Source: Minisyncoccota bacterium
GTDB taxonomy: Bacteria > Patescibacteriota > Minisyncoccia > 2-02-FULL-40-12 > GWA2-44-9
Assembly: GCA_035583445.1 (NCBI GenBank)
Contig: DATEYD010000039.1
Coordinates: 1-59,678, forward strand
Direction: 5' to 3'
DNA length: 59,678 nt
The notes beneath the pieces are model-generated. The model searched no databases and was not told the DNA's origin. It was given only the letters and a program-made list of their open reading frames with translations. This document shows positions 1 to 9,911 of this stretch, in pieces; position 1 is the first letter of the stretch, and the number at the start of each line of letters is the position of its first letter. Both the position numbers and the translations under genes were made by a program.

Positions 1-3000
1 ACCTCACCGTCGCATCCGCAGGCTTCTCCACCACCTGGAACGGCAACTTCTCCCACATGCAGGGGAACGTGGGGATCGGGACATCAGCACCCTTCGCCAA
101 GCTCACAATCTCAGGCGGCGGTCTGGCATCCGAGAACCTCATTCTCGCCTCCAGCTCCGCCTCCATCCTCGCTCCCGTCACCGGCTTTGCGGGGTATACC
201 CAGTTCTCCGGCGGCTTAGGTACCGGGGGCACCGACTCGACGACAGCGGCGTTCCGACTCACGAATACCGGCAACTTGGTGAACATCGGCGCCATCCAGG
301 CAGGCCAGACGCTCCTGACCAGAGGCGGTACCTTCGCTACGGCGGTGAACTACTCGACCGGATTGGGTGCCTACAGCGTCGCGCTTGCCGACCTGAACGG
401 CGATAACAAGCTGGACGCCGTCACTGCGGACAACAGCGGCCCGGACACCGTCACCGTGCTCCTCAACGACGGTAGTGGCGCCTTCCCGGCCTCAACCAGC
501 TACGCGACCGGTCTGGACCCGGTCAGGGTGGCTGCAGCGGATCTGACCGGAGATGGCAAAACCGACCTCGTGGTCGTGAACAACTCCGGGAACTCCGTAT
601 CGGTGTTTCGGAACAATGGCGGCGGCACTTTCGCCGCGAAGACCGACTACGCGGTAGGGGGAGGTCCGTGGTCTGTCGCGCTCGGCGACGTGAACGGTGA
701 CGGGAAAGCCGACATCGCCGTTACGAACATTTCTGATACCACGGTCTCCGTGCTCTTGAACAACGGGGACGGCACCTTCGCTGCGAAGGCTGACTACGCA
801 ACGGCGTCCGGCCCGGCCGGGGTCGCGTTGGCTGATGTCAACGGGGACGGAAAAGCCGACCTCATCGTGTCCGATGTGAATGTGCATCTCGTCTCGGTTC
901 TCCTGAACGACGGGGACGGCACCTTCGCCGCCAAGGCCGACTACGGGACCGACACGAACCCGTACAGCGTCGCGGTGGCGGACGTGAACGGCGATCGCAA
1001 GATCGACATCGTCACGGGCAACAATTTCGGCGGGAGCGTCTCGGTCCTCCTGAACCTTGGTGATGGCACGTTCGACACGAACATCGATTACGCCACCAAC
1101 GGAAGCCTCACGGTCGCCCTCGCCGACTTCGATGGCGACGGCACGCCCGATATCGTCACCCAGAACGACGGCGCGAGCAACGTTTCCGTGCTGCTGAACG
1201 ACGGAGATGGCACCTTTGCCGCCAAAACGGACTACGCGACGGATACCGCCCCCTACGCGATCGCCGCCGCCGACGTCAACGGGGATGGGAAGCCCGATAT
1301 CGTCAGCGCGAACCTCGGCGGCACGATATCGGTCCTCCTGAACCAGGCCTCCGTGCTTTTCTATGCGCAGGTATCCTCGGGCAATGTCGGCGTTGGGACC
1401 TCCAGTGTTACGGATGCCAAACTGGAGGTCGCCGGCACCGCCAGCATTTCCGGCTTAACGCTCATCAACAACTCCGCCTCCGTCTCCGGCAATTTCGAGC
1501 TGGGAGGCACCGTCTCCTCCAATTGGATCCCCACCATCGACAACACGTACTCCCTGGGCACCTCGGCATTGAAGTGGTCCAACCTCTTCGCCACCAATGC
1601 CTCGGTCTCGAGCACCCTGGAAGCCAACATCGCCTCCGTCTCGCAGCTGTACATCGGCGGCTCCGCGTTCCTCCCCGGCGTCTACGCCTCGATCTCCCAG
1701 AACTGGGACCCCAACGGCGATAACCTGTACTCCCTGGGTGACTCCGCAAACCGATGGAAGGACCTGTATATCTCCTCCGGCTCCCTCTACATCGGCATGA
1801 CGGGTGACGAGGCATCGGTCAGCTACCATCCCACCGCCGACGAATTCCGCGTCAACATCCTCGGCACCCGTGCGCTCGCAGTCGACGCAGGCGTCCGCTA
1901 CAGCGCCGCACTCGGGTTCGGTGCGCTCAAATCGGCGACGGGGACCGCGAACACCGCCGTCGGCTACGGCGCCCTGACCTCGGACACCACGGGTGCGAGC
2001 AACACCGCGGTCGGCTTCTACGCGCTGTACGCGAACACGACCGGGTCCGAGAACAACGCCTTCGGCATCCAGTCGCTCCAGAGCAACACCACCGGCACTA
2101 AGAACGTTGCCATCGGGAATCTCGCGCTCTTCCAGAACGCGACTGGCTCCTACAACACAGCGGTCGGTCTGACGGCTCTCCGGGCGAACACGGGCGGCCA
2201 GAGCAACACGGCGCTCGGGTTTGAGTCCCTGATCAGCAACACGATTGGCGACTACAACTCCGCGGTTGGCCGTGACACGTTATACGAGAACACGACCGGG
2301 AGCTACGGCGTTGCCATAGGGTACGGAGCCCTCTACAACAACACGACCGGCCAACACAACGTGGCCGTCGGCTCAGGCGCGCTCCGCTCCGTCACGACCG
2401 CGGGCGACAACCTCGCGCTCGGAGCCAGCGCCGGATACAGCGCACTGGGCTCCGGCAATGTCTTCATTGGCCGCTCTGCCGGCTACGGCGAGACCGGCTC
2501 AAACACGCTCTGGATCGAGAACTCCAACGTCGCCTCATCCTCTGCTCTGATCTACGGCGAGTTCGACAACAACTACCTCTCGTTCAACGCAAATACCTCC
2601 ATCTCCGGCAACTTCGAGCTGGGAGGCACCATCTCCTCCAATTGGATCCCCACCATCGACAACACGTACTCCCTGGGCACCTCGGCGCTCCGCTGGCGTG
2701 ACCTGTACCTCGCCTCCGGCTCGCTCCACATCGGCACCGACGGGGATGAAGCCATCATCGACTACAACGTCAACGATGATTACCTCGCGTTCAAGCCGGA
2801 CGGCACGGTCAACCGTCTCCAGCTCTTCGACACTGGTGCTGCATCACTGTCGAATACGTTGTACGTGACAAGCGGGGGTAATGTCGGTATCGGAACAACA
2901 GCTCCAGCAGCACGGCTCTCGGTATTGGGACCGAATGCAGGACCGATCCAGAACTGGCTCAGATCATCTGACAGCGGTGTTCTCGGGTACGTCATGGATG

Positions 3001-6000
3001 GAGGACAGGGTGCGGGACCCGGTCTCGGGTTCACATCATCCGGACATACGACATTCGTCAATCCTTCGGGATATGGCACGTTCTTCTCCGGCGGGTCGGT
3101 CACCATCGATACCGCCTACAACGGCTCGCAATCGCTGCTCGTCGACTTATCGTACTCCGGCATCGCAGCCGCGAAGGGGATTGTCGTCAAAGGCGCTGCG
3201 AACCAAACCGCCGACCTCCAACAATGGCAGAACAACAGCGGTGTCACGATGGCGAGCATCAGCGCTGCGGGCGCGCTCGAAATCGGGGTTGATATGGAAG
3301 CCGCGTCGAAGAGTCTGATCCTCAGACCGAATACTCCAAACCTCTATGGTTCGAAGGACCAGTATGCTCTGTACGTGGATATGTTGGGAACCATTAACCA
3401 CGGCCTCTACACGAGTCGCGTCATGGATGCAATCAGGGTGCAGAGCCAGAGCGTGTATGGCACTGGTGGGAGCGCCCCCTCGTTCCGTGTGACCCAAGCT
3501 GGATCGGTGATCATCTCGCCCGACACTGGCTATTCGAATACCACATCGAATCCGAGCTATGCGCTCAGGGTGGCGCCTGTTTCCAACGGCACCTATTACC
3601 CAACCGTCGATTACGATGTGCTCCAGATCGTTGCAACTAACTCGGCGTATGGCCTCTACACGACCGCTGAGATGCGTATGCTGCGCGTCAAGGATCGCTA
3701 TGACGGTGAGGCGTTCGTCGTGAACAGCCTCGGTAATGTTGGTATCGGGAAGCTGTATCCGACCGCGGATCTCGACGTGCTTGGGAATGCGTCAATTTCC
3801 GGCACGTTCCAATTGAACGGGGACATGCTCGCCTCGCATTCAGGGAATGTTGGCATCACGCTGAACTCCACCACTTCTGATGACGCGAAGTTCGTCATCC
3901 AAGCAACGGGTGCTTCAGATCGCCTAGATATCCTGGGGTCCGCATCGCAATCGCTTCTCACCATCCTGAAGAACGGCAACATCGGCATCGGTACCACGGC
4001 CCCGTACGCCCCGCTCTCGATCGAGGCTCCACGCGTGGCTACTGGTGCCGGTACGTTCCTCACGATGCGCGGCCTCTCAAACGGTGCACTCTGGTCGTTC
4101 GCCGAGGAAGTCGACAGTTCGTTCACGATCGGGTTGGACGCTGAAAACAGACACATCATAGAGCTAACCTATACCGGGAACGCATCGATCTCAAACGCAA
4201 TCTGGGCATCAAACGGGGGGAATGTAGGCCTTGGTACCACGAGCCCGACGCTTGGCAGGCTGCAAATCGAGATGCCGAATGCCGCAAATGGGAACTTCAT
4301 CTCCTTCAAACAGGTGTCGAATGGGGAAAACTGGGCGATTGCCGACAAGAACAGCGGCAACCTGGTGATCCGGGACGTGTCGGCGACGCGCAATTTGATC
4401 GAGTTCACAACCGCCGGTATCGCCTCGATATCAAACGTGATGGTGGTTCAGAATGCTGGCAACGTCGGCATCGGCACGAGCAACCCCACATCAGCGCTGC
4501 ATATTGTCAGCAATGCAAGCACACTCCTAAACGTTGCTTCGGGTTCGAATTCCCGCTTGGTAGTGCTCGAGAATGGAAACGTGGGAATCGGGACGGCAAC
4601 CCCTACCTCGACACTGAATGTGAACACATCGGCAGCGAACAGCGATTTCGGTCTCGTCCTGAGTGTCGTGGGCACCGAACGAATCCAACTCAATCCCTAC
4701 GATGCCGGAGGAGCGACCCGCATTAGCTTTACTCCGATTTCTGCGAATGCGGCGGTCATTGATTCATCTGATGATCTACGACTAGCGCCGGCGTCCCATC
4801 TCAATATCTCGTCGGGCTCGAACCTCTATGCACGATTCAACGCAACGACCCAGGGCTTCGTGGTCGGCGGCAACTTCTACAGTATCAATCCGCCGACTTG
4901 GGGCGCAATCATTGAAGGCAATGTTGGCATCGGCACCTCCAACGTCGATCAGAAGCTCGAGATCGCAGGCACCGCCAGCATCTCCGGCCTGACCCTGATC
5001 AACAACTCCGCCTCCATCTCCGGCAACTTCGAGCTGACCGGCACTGTCTCTTCGCACCTCATACCGACAACCCATGACGCATTCGATCTAGGCAGTACGA
5101 CGAATCGCTGGAGGGATCTCTACCTTGCCTCCGGTTCTCTGCACATCGGCACCGACGGGGACGAAGCCGTCATCGACTACAATGTCAATGATGACTACCT
5201 GAGCTTCAAGCCGGACGGGACGACCACTGCAATGTCCATTTCCGACAACAGTACCGTCGGCATCGGCACCACGGCTTCTACCAGCCCCCTCTCCGTCTTC
5301 TCCTCGGCAGCCTCCGGTGTCTCCGATGTTCTCACTATCGGCCATCTGACGACCGAGCTAGGCTTCACCGTGGATGGCGGCGGTACGCTGACCGACAACC
5401 TCATAAGTTACTGGAAGCTGGACGAAAAGAACGGCACCCGAGCCGATAGTATTGGGACGAACCACCTCACCGACAACAACACGGTGGGGGTGAGCTACCA
5501 GGGGCCGACGGGGACAGTGGCAAATTTCGTCGCGGCGAACAGCGAGTCTCTCATCAATGCATCCGTGTTAGACAGCTTGGCGGGAGAAGATGCAACATTT
5601 CTCTACTGGTACTACCCAACGTCCAGTGGTCAAGTTTGGATTGCGGGCGGTAGTGCTGGTGGATGGAACAGTTCTTTCGAGATGTACCACAATAACACGG
5701 CATACACTGTCGCTTTCTACGACGACAATGAAGGACTGAACGAGAGGGACTACATCGGCCATCAGTCCCCATTAGGCCTCAATCAATGGCACTTAGTTGG
5801 GTTCACCTACGATAATTCCACGAAGACTAGCACCGTTTTCCTCGACGGGGAGGAGAGCAATACGACTTCAGTTCTCACTAATGGGATCAACTGGGACGGT
5901 GCTCCCGACTTCAATCTTGGCGGAGGTCCAATCTTTGATTACGAGACGCATAAAAGCGGTCCAGCCGCGTTCTGGAACAGGGTTCTCTCCACAGTGGAAT

Positions 6001-8867
6001 TAGATGCCCTCTTTAACTCCGGAAAAGCGAAGACGTACGCGGAGCTCACCGCGGCAGAAAAGGCGGGACTCGTCTCCTACTGGAACATGGACGAAGTCTC
6101 GGGCAACCGCGCAGATTCTTACGACTCAAACGACCTTAGCGACGTGAATACCGTCGGTAGCGCAACGGCTGTCGCCGGCGCGATGCACAACGCCGCGGCG
6201 AGCTTTGTGGCGGCGGGCAGTGAGTACCTGTCACTGAACACAGGTCTCAATTCCACGGTGAAAACCACCTCGATGTGGATTTACACGACCACGCTTGCAG
6301 AAACCGAATTCCCGCTCACCTTCCAAGATGACGCAGGCCACTATGCATATCACTTTCAAGTGTATGGTGGGGCGTTCCATTTCTACGTCGAAGGGGTGGA
6401 CAATCCCATCGTCGCGTCTTCTATTACCACTGACGCCTGGCATCACGTCGTCGCGGAGCTGAATCAGACCGCGAAGACGCTCAAGATGTGGATTGACGGA
6501 ACGCAGGTGGGCGGGACCGTCACCTACACCACTGGTACGCCGTACACGGCAACGAAAATGGCGATCGGGACGCAGCCTGTATCCCCGGGCTACTACTGGC
6601 AGGGTCTTGTCGACGAAGTCGTTGTCTGGTCCCGCGCCCTGACCCCGACGGAACTTTCCAACCTCTATAACGCAGGAGCGGGCAATACACTGCAGTTCGC
6701 GCCTGTGGACAACGCGATGCTCTTCCGGTCCACGAACAGCGGCCTGGCCGTCTCCGATGTCGCCCGCATCAATGCGCTCTTCACGGACGCCACCGACGGC
6801 TCCGAGACATCGGCATTGACCTTCCAGACGCGCAGCGCCGGTTCCGCGCTCCAAGAACGCTTGCGCATCGACAGCGACGGCAATGTCGGCATCGGAACAA
6901 CTTCACCTGCGGCGAAACTGCACATCACGGGGTCTACCACCGGAAGCGGCGCGACCGCTATCGGAGCCCTGTCTATCGCTGCCAACCTGACGAACAGCAC
7001 CGCAAGCGGGTTCCAATTCGGTGAGCAGCACATCTTCACGGTCGACGGAACAGTAGCGGGGACCGAGGAGGGCGTGCTCATCCGTATGATCGATAACACC
7101 TCGCTTTCCAACACCGTCCGCGCATTGGAGGTGCAGGCGTACTCGGGAACCAACACATCAGGCGTGAACACCGCTATCGCGGCGTTCGGTAGGACGTTCG
7201 GTATTCAGGGCACTACCGATGCAACTGCAGCTGCTGATACCGTTCCTGCCGCTATATTCGCGTATCTGGATAACCAAGCAGTCCCGACCACGGGGAACGC
7301 GATCCGTGCCTATACGGATCATGCGACTGCGGCGACGCTGGTCCATTTCGTCCAAGCATCCTCGTCATTCAGCGGCACCGGGCTGCTCATGAACTTCGCC
7401 ACCGGCGGCGGGACATTCACCGGCAAGTACCTTGATCTCCAGAGCGATGGCACGACAAAATTGTCGATCCTCGCATCTGCGGCGATGGGCATCGGCAACA
7501 CGACACCCGCTGCCGGCATGATGCTGGACGTCCAGGGTCGCGTGCAAGTGAACCTCACCGGCACTCAGGCGACCTACGCGGTCTGTCACGGGACAAACGG
7601 GCAGAGCAGCGATCAGGAGCTAGTAGACTGCAATCCAACTGCCGACGCTGACTACATGGAAATGTATCCGTTCGAGACAGATATCCAGGAGGGCATGATC
7701 GTCGTGCCGAGCTCCGTTTCGTTCGTGACCGCGAACAACAATAGCCTCGTACCGAAATTGCGGGCGGCCACCCGACCATATGACAGCACACTCATGGGTG
7801 TCGTGTCGGTCGCAAGCCAGGCCGGGGAATTCAACAGCATCGGGCACAACATCCCGGCCGGAGCGAACCCGAAGCCGATCGCCCTCAAGGGGCGCGTGAA
7901 GGTGCTCGTGTCCTTGGAGAACGGACCGATTCGTGTAGGGGATCGCATCACCTCATCCAACATCCCAGGTATTGGTATGCGTGCCACGCAGTCTGGACAG
8001 GTCATCGGTATGGCACTCGAACCGCTCTACGTGGTGCCCTCCGGGTCGTATGCCGAGGTGCTTGTATTCGTGGATGTTGGCTACTGGGCGCCCAGTATCG
8101 ATGAGGAGCTCGCATCCTTGGCGAGCGAGAGTAGCGATTCCGGCAGCCTAAGCTCTAGCTTGGATACGATCTTTAACGCCATCGTCGGATGGTTCGAAGA
8201 CACACTAAATATCACGCTCCAGAGCGGCCTTGTGAAGTCGGTCACGGGGTGGTTTATCGAGGTACGGACCGAGAAGCTCTGTGTGGGGAGTACCTGCGTC
8301 GACGAGGCTCAGCTGAAGTCGCTCCTCGAAAACGCAAATATTACGCCACTTCCGACACCAACCCTGGCCCCTGAAGGTTTGAGTATCTCGTCCTGTGAGG
8401 TGGGGGATGAATGGCAATGGACGATTGTGAATGGGGATGCGAGTGATACCACATTCAACTGGCAGCTTGGCCCCACACTCGCGAGCATCTCAGGACAAGG
8501 GACAGTACGGGCCGGAGACAGTACGAGCTTCCTGACTATTCCGTACCCGTCCGATCCCTTCATGTACGTAGCTCCCGTTGGCGAAATGTACGGAACGGGT
8601 ACCGCGTTCCAGTACGGAGTGTGCCCAGGGACAACTACTACAACTCCTACGAGTACCGTATCCCCGACATCAACACCAGAGTCCACGCCCTCAACGACGA
8701 TAGAGCCGACACCTGAAGCAACAACCGAACAGACGCTGGAACCTACGCCTGAGCCGACATCATCACCCACACCCGAGACGACCCAAGAGGTGACCCCTGA
8801 ACCCACCCCTGAACCCACCCCTGAACCCACCCCTGAACCAACGCCCGAGCCGACCCCAAAGATATAG
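1..8867 (+). CDS. giant surface protein, 5' partial (FG-GAP/VCBS propeller, tail-fibre-like repeats, two LamG/ConA-like lectin modules, PT-rich tail)
   Basis: ORF 57..8867 (2936 aa). The frame stays open back to base 3 (LTVASAGFSTTWNGNFSH before the first M), so the gene probably starts upstream of the window. It has seven ADVNGDGKxD FG-GAP-like blades and 13 GNVGIGTxxP collar motifs. It also has NTAxGxxALxxNTTG 14-15 aa repeats. Two modules with SYWK/NxDE...WHxV...VDEVxVW resemble LamG. The C-terminus is TPEPTPEP. Confidence 0.85.
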   Translation, partial: LTVASAGFSTTWNGNFSHMQGNVGIGTSAPFAKLTISGGGLASENLILASSSASILAPVTGFAGYTQFSGGLGTGGTDSTTAAFRLTNTGNLVNIGAIQAGQTLLTRGGTFATAVNYSTGLGAYSVALADLNGDNKLDAVTADNSGPDTVTVLLNDGSGAFPASTSYATGLDPVRVAAADLTGDGKTDLVVVNNSGNSVSVFRNNGGGTFAAKTDYAVGGGPWSVALGDVNGDGKADIAVTNISDTTVSVLLNNGDGTFAAKADYATASGPAGVALADVNGDGKADLIVSDVNVHLVSVLLNDGDGTFAAKADYGTDTNPYSVAVADVNGDRKIDIVTGNNFGGSVSVLLNLGDGTFDTNIDYATNGSLTVALADFDGDGTPDIVTQNDGASNVSVLLNDGDGTFAAKTDYATDTAPYAIAAADVNGDGKPDIVSANLGGTISVLLNQASVLFYAQVSSGNVGVGTSSVTDAKLEVAGTASISGLTLINNSASVSGNFELGGTVSSNWIPTIDNTYSLGTSALKWSNLFATNASVSSTLEANIASVSQLYIGGSAFLPGVYASISQNWDPNGDNLYSLGDSANRWKDLYISSGSLYIGMTGDEASVSYHPTADEFRVNILGTRALAVDAGVRYSAALGFGALKSATGTANTAVGYGALTSDTTGASNTAVGFYALYANTTGSENNAFGIQSLQSNTTGTKNVAIGNLALFQNATGSYNTAVGLTALRANTGGQSNTALGFESLISNTIGDYNSAVGRDTLYENTTGSYGVAIGYGALYNNTTGQHNVAVGSGALRSVTTAGDNLALGASAGYSALGSGNVFIGRSAGYGETGSNTLWIENSNVASSSALIYGEFDNNYLSFNANTSISGNFELGGTISSNWIPTIDNTYSLGTSALRWRDLYLASGSLHIGTDGDEAIIDYNVNDDYLAFKPDGTVNRLQLFDTGAASLSNTLYVTSGGNVGIGTTAPAARLSVLGPNAGPIQNWLRSSDSGVLGYVMDGGQGAGPGLGFTSSGHTTFVNPSGYGTFFSGGSVTIDTAYNGSQSLLVDLSYSGIAAAKGIVVKGAANQTADLQQWQNNSGVTMASISAAGALEIGVDMEAASKSLILRPNTPNLYGSKDQYALYVDMLGTINHGLYTSRVMDAIRVQSQSVYGTGGSAPSFRVTQAGSVIISPDTGYSNTTSNPSYALRVAPVSNGTYYPTVDYDVLQIVATNSAYGLYTTAEMRMLRVKDRYDGEAFVVNSLGNVGIGKLYPTADLDVLGNASISGTFQLNGDMLASHSGNVGITLNSTTSDDAKFVIQATGASDRLDILGSASQSLLTILKNGNIGIGTTAPYAPLSIEAPRVATGAGTFLTMRGLSNGALWSFAEEVDSSFTIGLDAENRHIIELTYTGNASISNAIWASNGGNVGLGTTSPTLGRLQIEMPNAANGNFISFKQVSNGENWAIADKNSGNLVIRDVSATRNLIEFTTAGIASISNVMVVQNAGNVGIGTSNPTSALHIVSNASTLLNVASGSNSRLVVLENGNVGIGTATPTSTLNVNTSAANSDFGLVLSVVGTERIQLNPYDAGGATRISFTPISANAAVIDSSDDLRLAPASHLNISSGSNLYARFNATTQGFVVGGNFYSINPPTWGAIIEGNVGIGTSNVDQKLEIAGTASISGLTLINNSASISGNFELTGTVSSHLIPTTHDAFDLGSTTNRWRDLYLASGSLHIGTDGDEAVIDYNVNDDYLSFKPDGTTTAMSISDNSTVGIGTTASTSPLSVFSSAASGVSDVLTIGHLTTELGFTVDGGGTLTDNLISYWKLDEKNGTRADSIGTNHLTDNNTVGVSYQGPTGTVANFVAANSESLINASVLDSLAGEDATFLYWYYPTSSGQVWIAGGSAGGWNSSFEMYHNNTAYTVAFYDDNEGLNERDYIGHQSPLGLNQWHLVGFTYDNSTKTSTVFLDGEESNTTSVLTNGINWDGAPDFNLGGGPIFDYETHKSGPAAFWNRVLSTVELDALFNSGKAKTYAELTAAEKAGLVSYWNMDEVSGNRADSYDSNDLSDVNTVGSATAVAGAMHNAAASFVAAGSEYLSLNTGLNSTVKTTSMWIYTTTLAETEFPLTFQDDAGHYAYHFQVYGGAFHFYVEGVDNPIVASSITTDAWHHVVAELNQTAKTLKMWIDGTQVGGTVTYTTGTPYTATKMAIGTQPVSPGYYWQGLVDEVVVWSRALTPTELSNLYNAGAGNTLQFAPVDNAMLFRSTNSGLAVSDVARINALFTDATDGSETSALTFQTRSAGSALQERLRIDSDGNVGIGTTSPAAKLHITGSTTGSGATAIGALSIAANLTNSTASGFQFGEQHIFTVDGTVAGTEEGVLIRMIDNTSLSNTVRALEVQAYSGTNTSGVNTAIAAFGRTFGIQGTTDATAAADTVPAAIFAYLDNQAVPTTGNAIRAYTDHATAATLVHFVQASSSFSGTGLLMNFATGGGTFTGKYLDLQSDGTTKLSILASAAMGIGNTTPAAGMMLDVQGRVQVNLTGTQATYAVCHGTNGQSSDQELVDCNPTADADYMEMYPFETDIQEGMIVVPSSVSFVTANNNSLVPKLRAATRPYDSTLMGVVSVASQAGEFNSIGHNIPAGANPKPIALKGRVKVLVSLENGPIRVGDRITSSNIPGIGMRATQSGQVIGMALEPLYVVPSGSYAEVLVFVDVGYWAPSIDEELASLASESSDSGSLSSSLDTIFNAIVGWFEDTLNITLQSGLVKSVTGWFIEVRTEKLCVGSTCVDEAQLKSLLENANITPLPTPTLAPEGLSISSCEVGDEWQWTIVNGDASDTTFNWQLGPTLASISGQGTVRAGDSTSFLTIPYPSDPFMYVAPVGEMYGTGTAFQYGVCPGTTTTTPTSTVSPTSTPESTPSTTIEPTPEATTEQTLEPTPEPTSSPTPETTQEVTPEPTPEPTPEPTPEPTPEPTPKI
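1476..1624 (+). repeat. 149-nt cassette, near-identical to 23248..23396 (2 mismatches by hand alignment)
   Basis: Direct reading shows gcctccgtctccggcaatttcgagctgggaggcaccgtctcctccaattggatccc... at both sites. It encodes SVSGNFELGGTVSSNWIPTIDNTYSLGTSALKWSNLFATNASVS. Confidence 0.9.
8793..8852 (+). repeat. tandem 12-nt coding repeat (acccctgaaccc, 4 copies plus 1 degenerate) encoding TPEP
   Basis: Read directly. Units lie at 8793, 8805, 8817 and 8829, with a degenerate unit at 8841. Confidence 0.85.
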
Positions 8868-8911
8868 AACAGCCGCATAAATAGTCGCATATTATATAGT
8901 CCCGATTTACG

Positions 8912-8955
8912 TCATTCGTGAGTAATAGACAGATTATCCACAAGTTCATTCGTGA
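8912..8955. promoter_or_regulatory. two direct copies of TCATTCGTGA, 34 bp apart, upstream of the PaaX-like gene (candidate operator)
   Basis: Copies lie at 8912-8921 and 8946-8955 in an AT-rich gap. The motif resembles the TGATTC half-site I recall for E. coli PaaX operators; this is from memory and unverified. Confidence 0.3.
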
Positions 8956-9014
8956 CGAAACGCTAAATCAGCCAGAATCGTCACATTGGTTGATGTATCT
9001 ACTGACACAGATCG

Positions 9015-9042
9015 GTGACGTATGACACGCGGACACTATCAT
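9015..9042 (+). promoter_or_regulatory. candidate promoter GTGACG-16-TATCAT, 7 nt before the ATG at 9050 (leaderless)
   Basis: Hexamers read directly. There is no Shine-Dalgarno sequence before 9050. Confidence 0.3.
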
Positions 9043-9049
9043 CACGCTT

Positions 9050-9661
9050 ATGAAGAAGAATATGGACACAGAGAGCCACACTGAGCCCGGTGGCATCCCT
9101 CGACCGGATATTACCGTCGCGCACAATATTCTTCTCGCGCTCGCGCAGAAGGGTCGCTTGAGTTTCAAGGAACTCATGAGCATGCCGCTGACAACGAAAG
9201 GCATTGCACGGAGAACTGCCAATAGCTATTACACCGCCCTAGCTCGATTGAAGAGACGACGCCAGATCGTTCGCACAACAGATCATCGTTATGAATTGAC
9301 CCAGATAGGTGAGTATGCGGCCATGAAGGCGTTCGTCAGGAAGGAAATAGTGGTACTAGAGGAGGCACGCATGGCCGAAAAAACGAGCACACCCACGGCC
9401 CAGCGTTGGGATGGTAAATGGCGGATCGCAATCTTCGACATGCCGGAATCCAAGAGACCACTGAGGGACTATCTCCGTGGGATGCTGAAACGGCTTGGTT
9501 GTCGAGAGTTCCAGCGCAGTATGTGGATATATCCGCACCGACTGCCGCCTTTCGTTGGGAAGTTATTCGAGGATCCGCAGGTACGTAAGTATGTGAGGCT
9601 TCTGACAGTGTCTGACATAGACTATGATGATGATATACAAAGGAAATTCAAAATACGATAG
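9050..9661 (+). CDS. PaaX-like transcriptional regulator (winged helix plus Cas2-fold C-terminal domain)
   Basis: 203 aa. The motif WDGKWRIAIFDMPESKRPLRDYLRGMLKRLGCREFQRSMWIYP is the typical PaaX-family core, and the N-terminal part looks like a winged helix. Confidence 0.75.
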   Translation: MKKNMDTESHTEPGGIPRPDITVAHNILLALAQKGRLSFKELMSMPLTTKGIARRTANSYYTALARLKRRRQIVRTTDHRYELTQIGEYAAMKAFVRKEIVVLEEARMAEKTSTPTAQRWDGKWRIAIFDMPESKRPLRDYLRGMLKRLGCREFQRSMWIYPHRLPPFVGKLFEDPQVRKYVRLLTVSDIDYDDDIQRKFKIR

Positions 9662-9869
9662 GTGCATTTATGAATGTATATTTATAAAGCGTATGTACAT
9701 TAATGATAGGATTCATTGTATTTTGTCCTACTGAGAGGTATGCCACCTCAGACAGTGCAAGATCCGCATTGCCGGTTATGACGGCAGCTATTTGCGAGGG
9801 GATCATGCTCGGTTAGTCAATTATTTATGGATTATGGCGGAGAATCGGGAAAATCATGAGAGAAACCGG

Positions 9870-9910
9870 TGATATACTTAGTTTGGTCATGCAAATATGG
9901 CATGACCAAA
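9870..9910 (+). promoter_or_regulatory. extended -10 (TGATATACT, 9870-9878) followed by a perfect 11-bp inverted repeat TTTGGTCATGC-N7-GCATGACCAAA (9882-9910) that abuts the ATG at 9912
   Basis: Read directly. The repeat arms are 9882-9892 and 9900-9910. Confidence 0.45.
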
Positions 9911-9911
9911 C

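Noticed and set aside
9050-9661. CRISPR-Cas remnant, because the C-terminal domain has a Cas2-like fold
   Set aside because: The WDGKW...IFDxPE pattern together with an N-terminal winged helix is the PaaX-family arrangement. The window contains no repeat-spacer array and no other cas genes.
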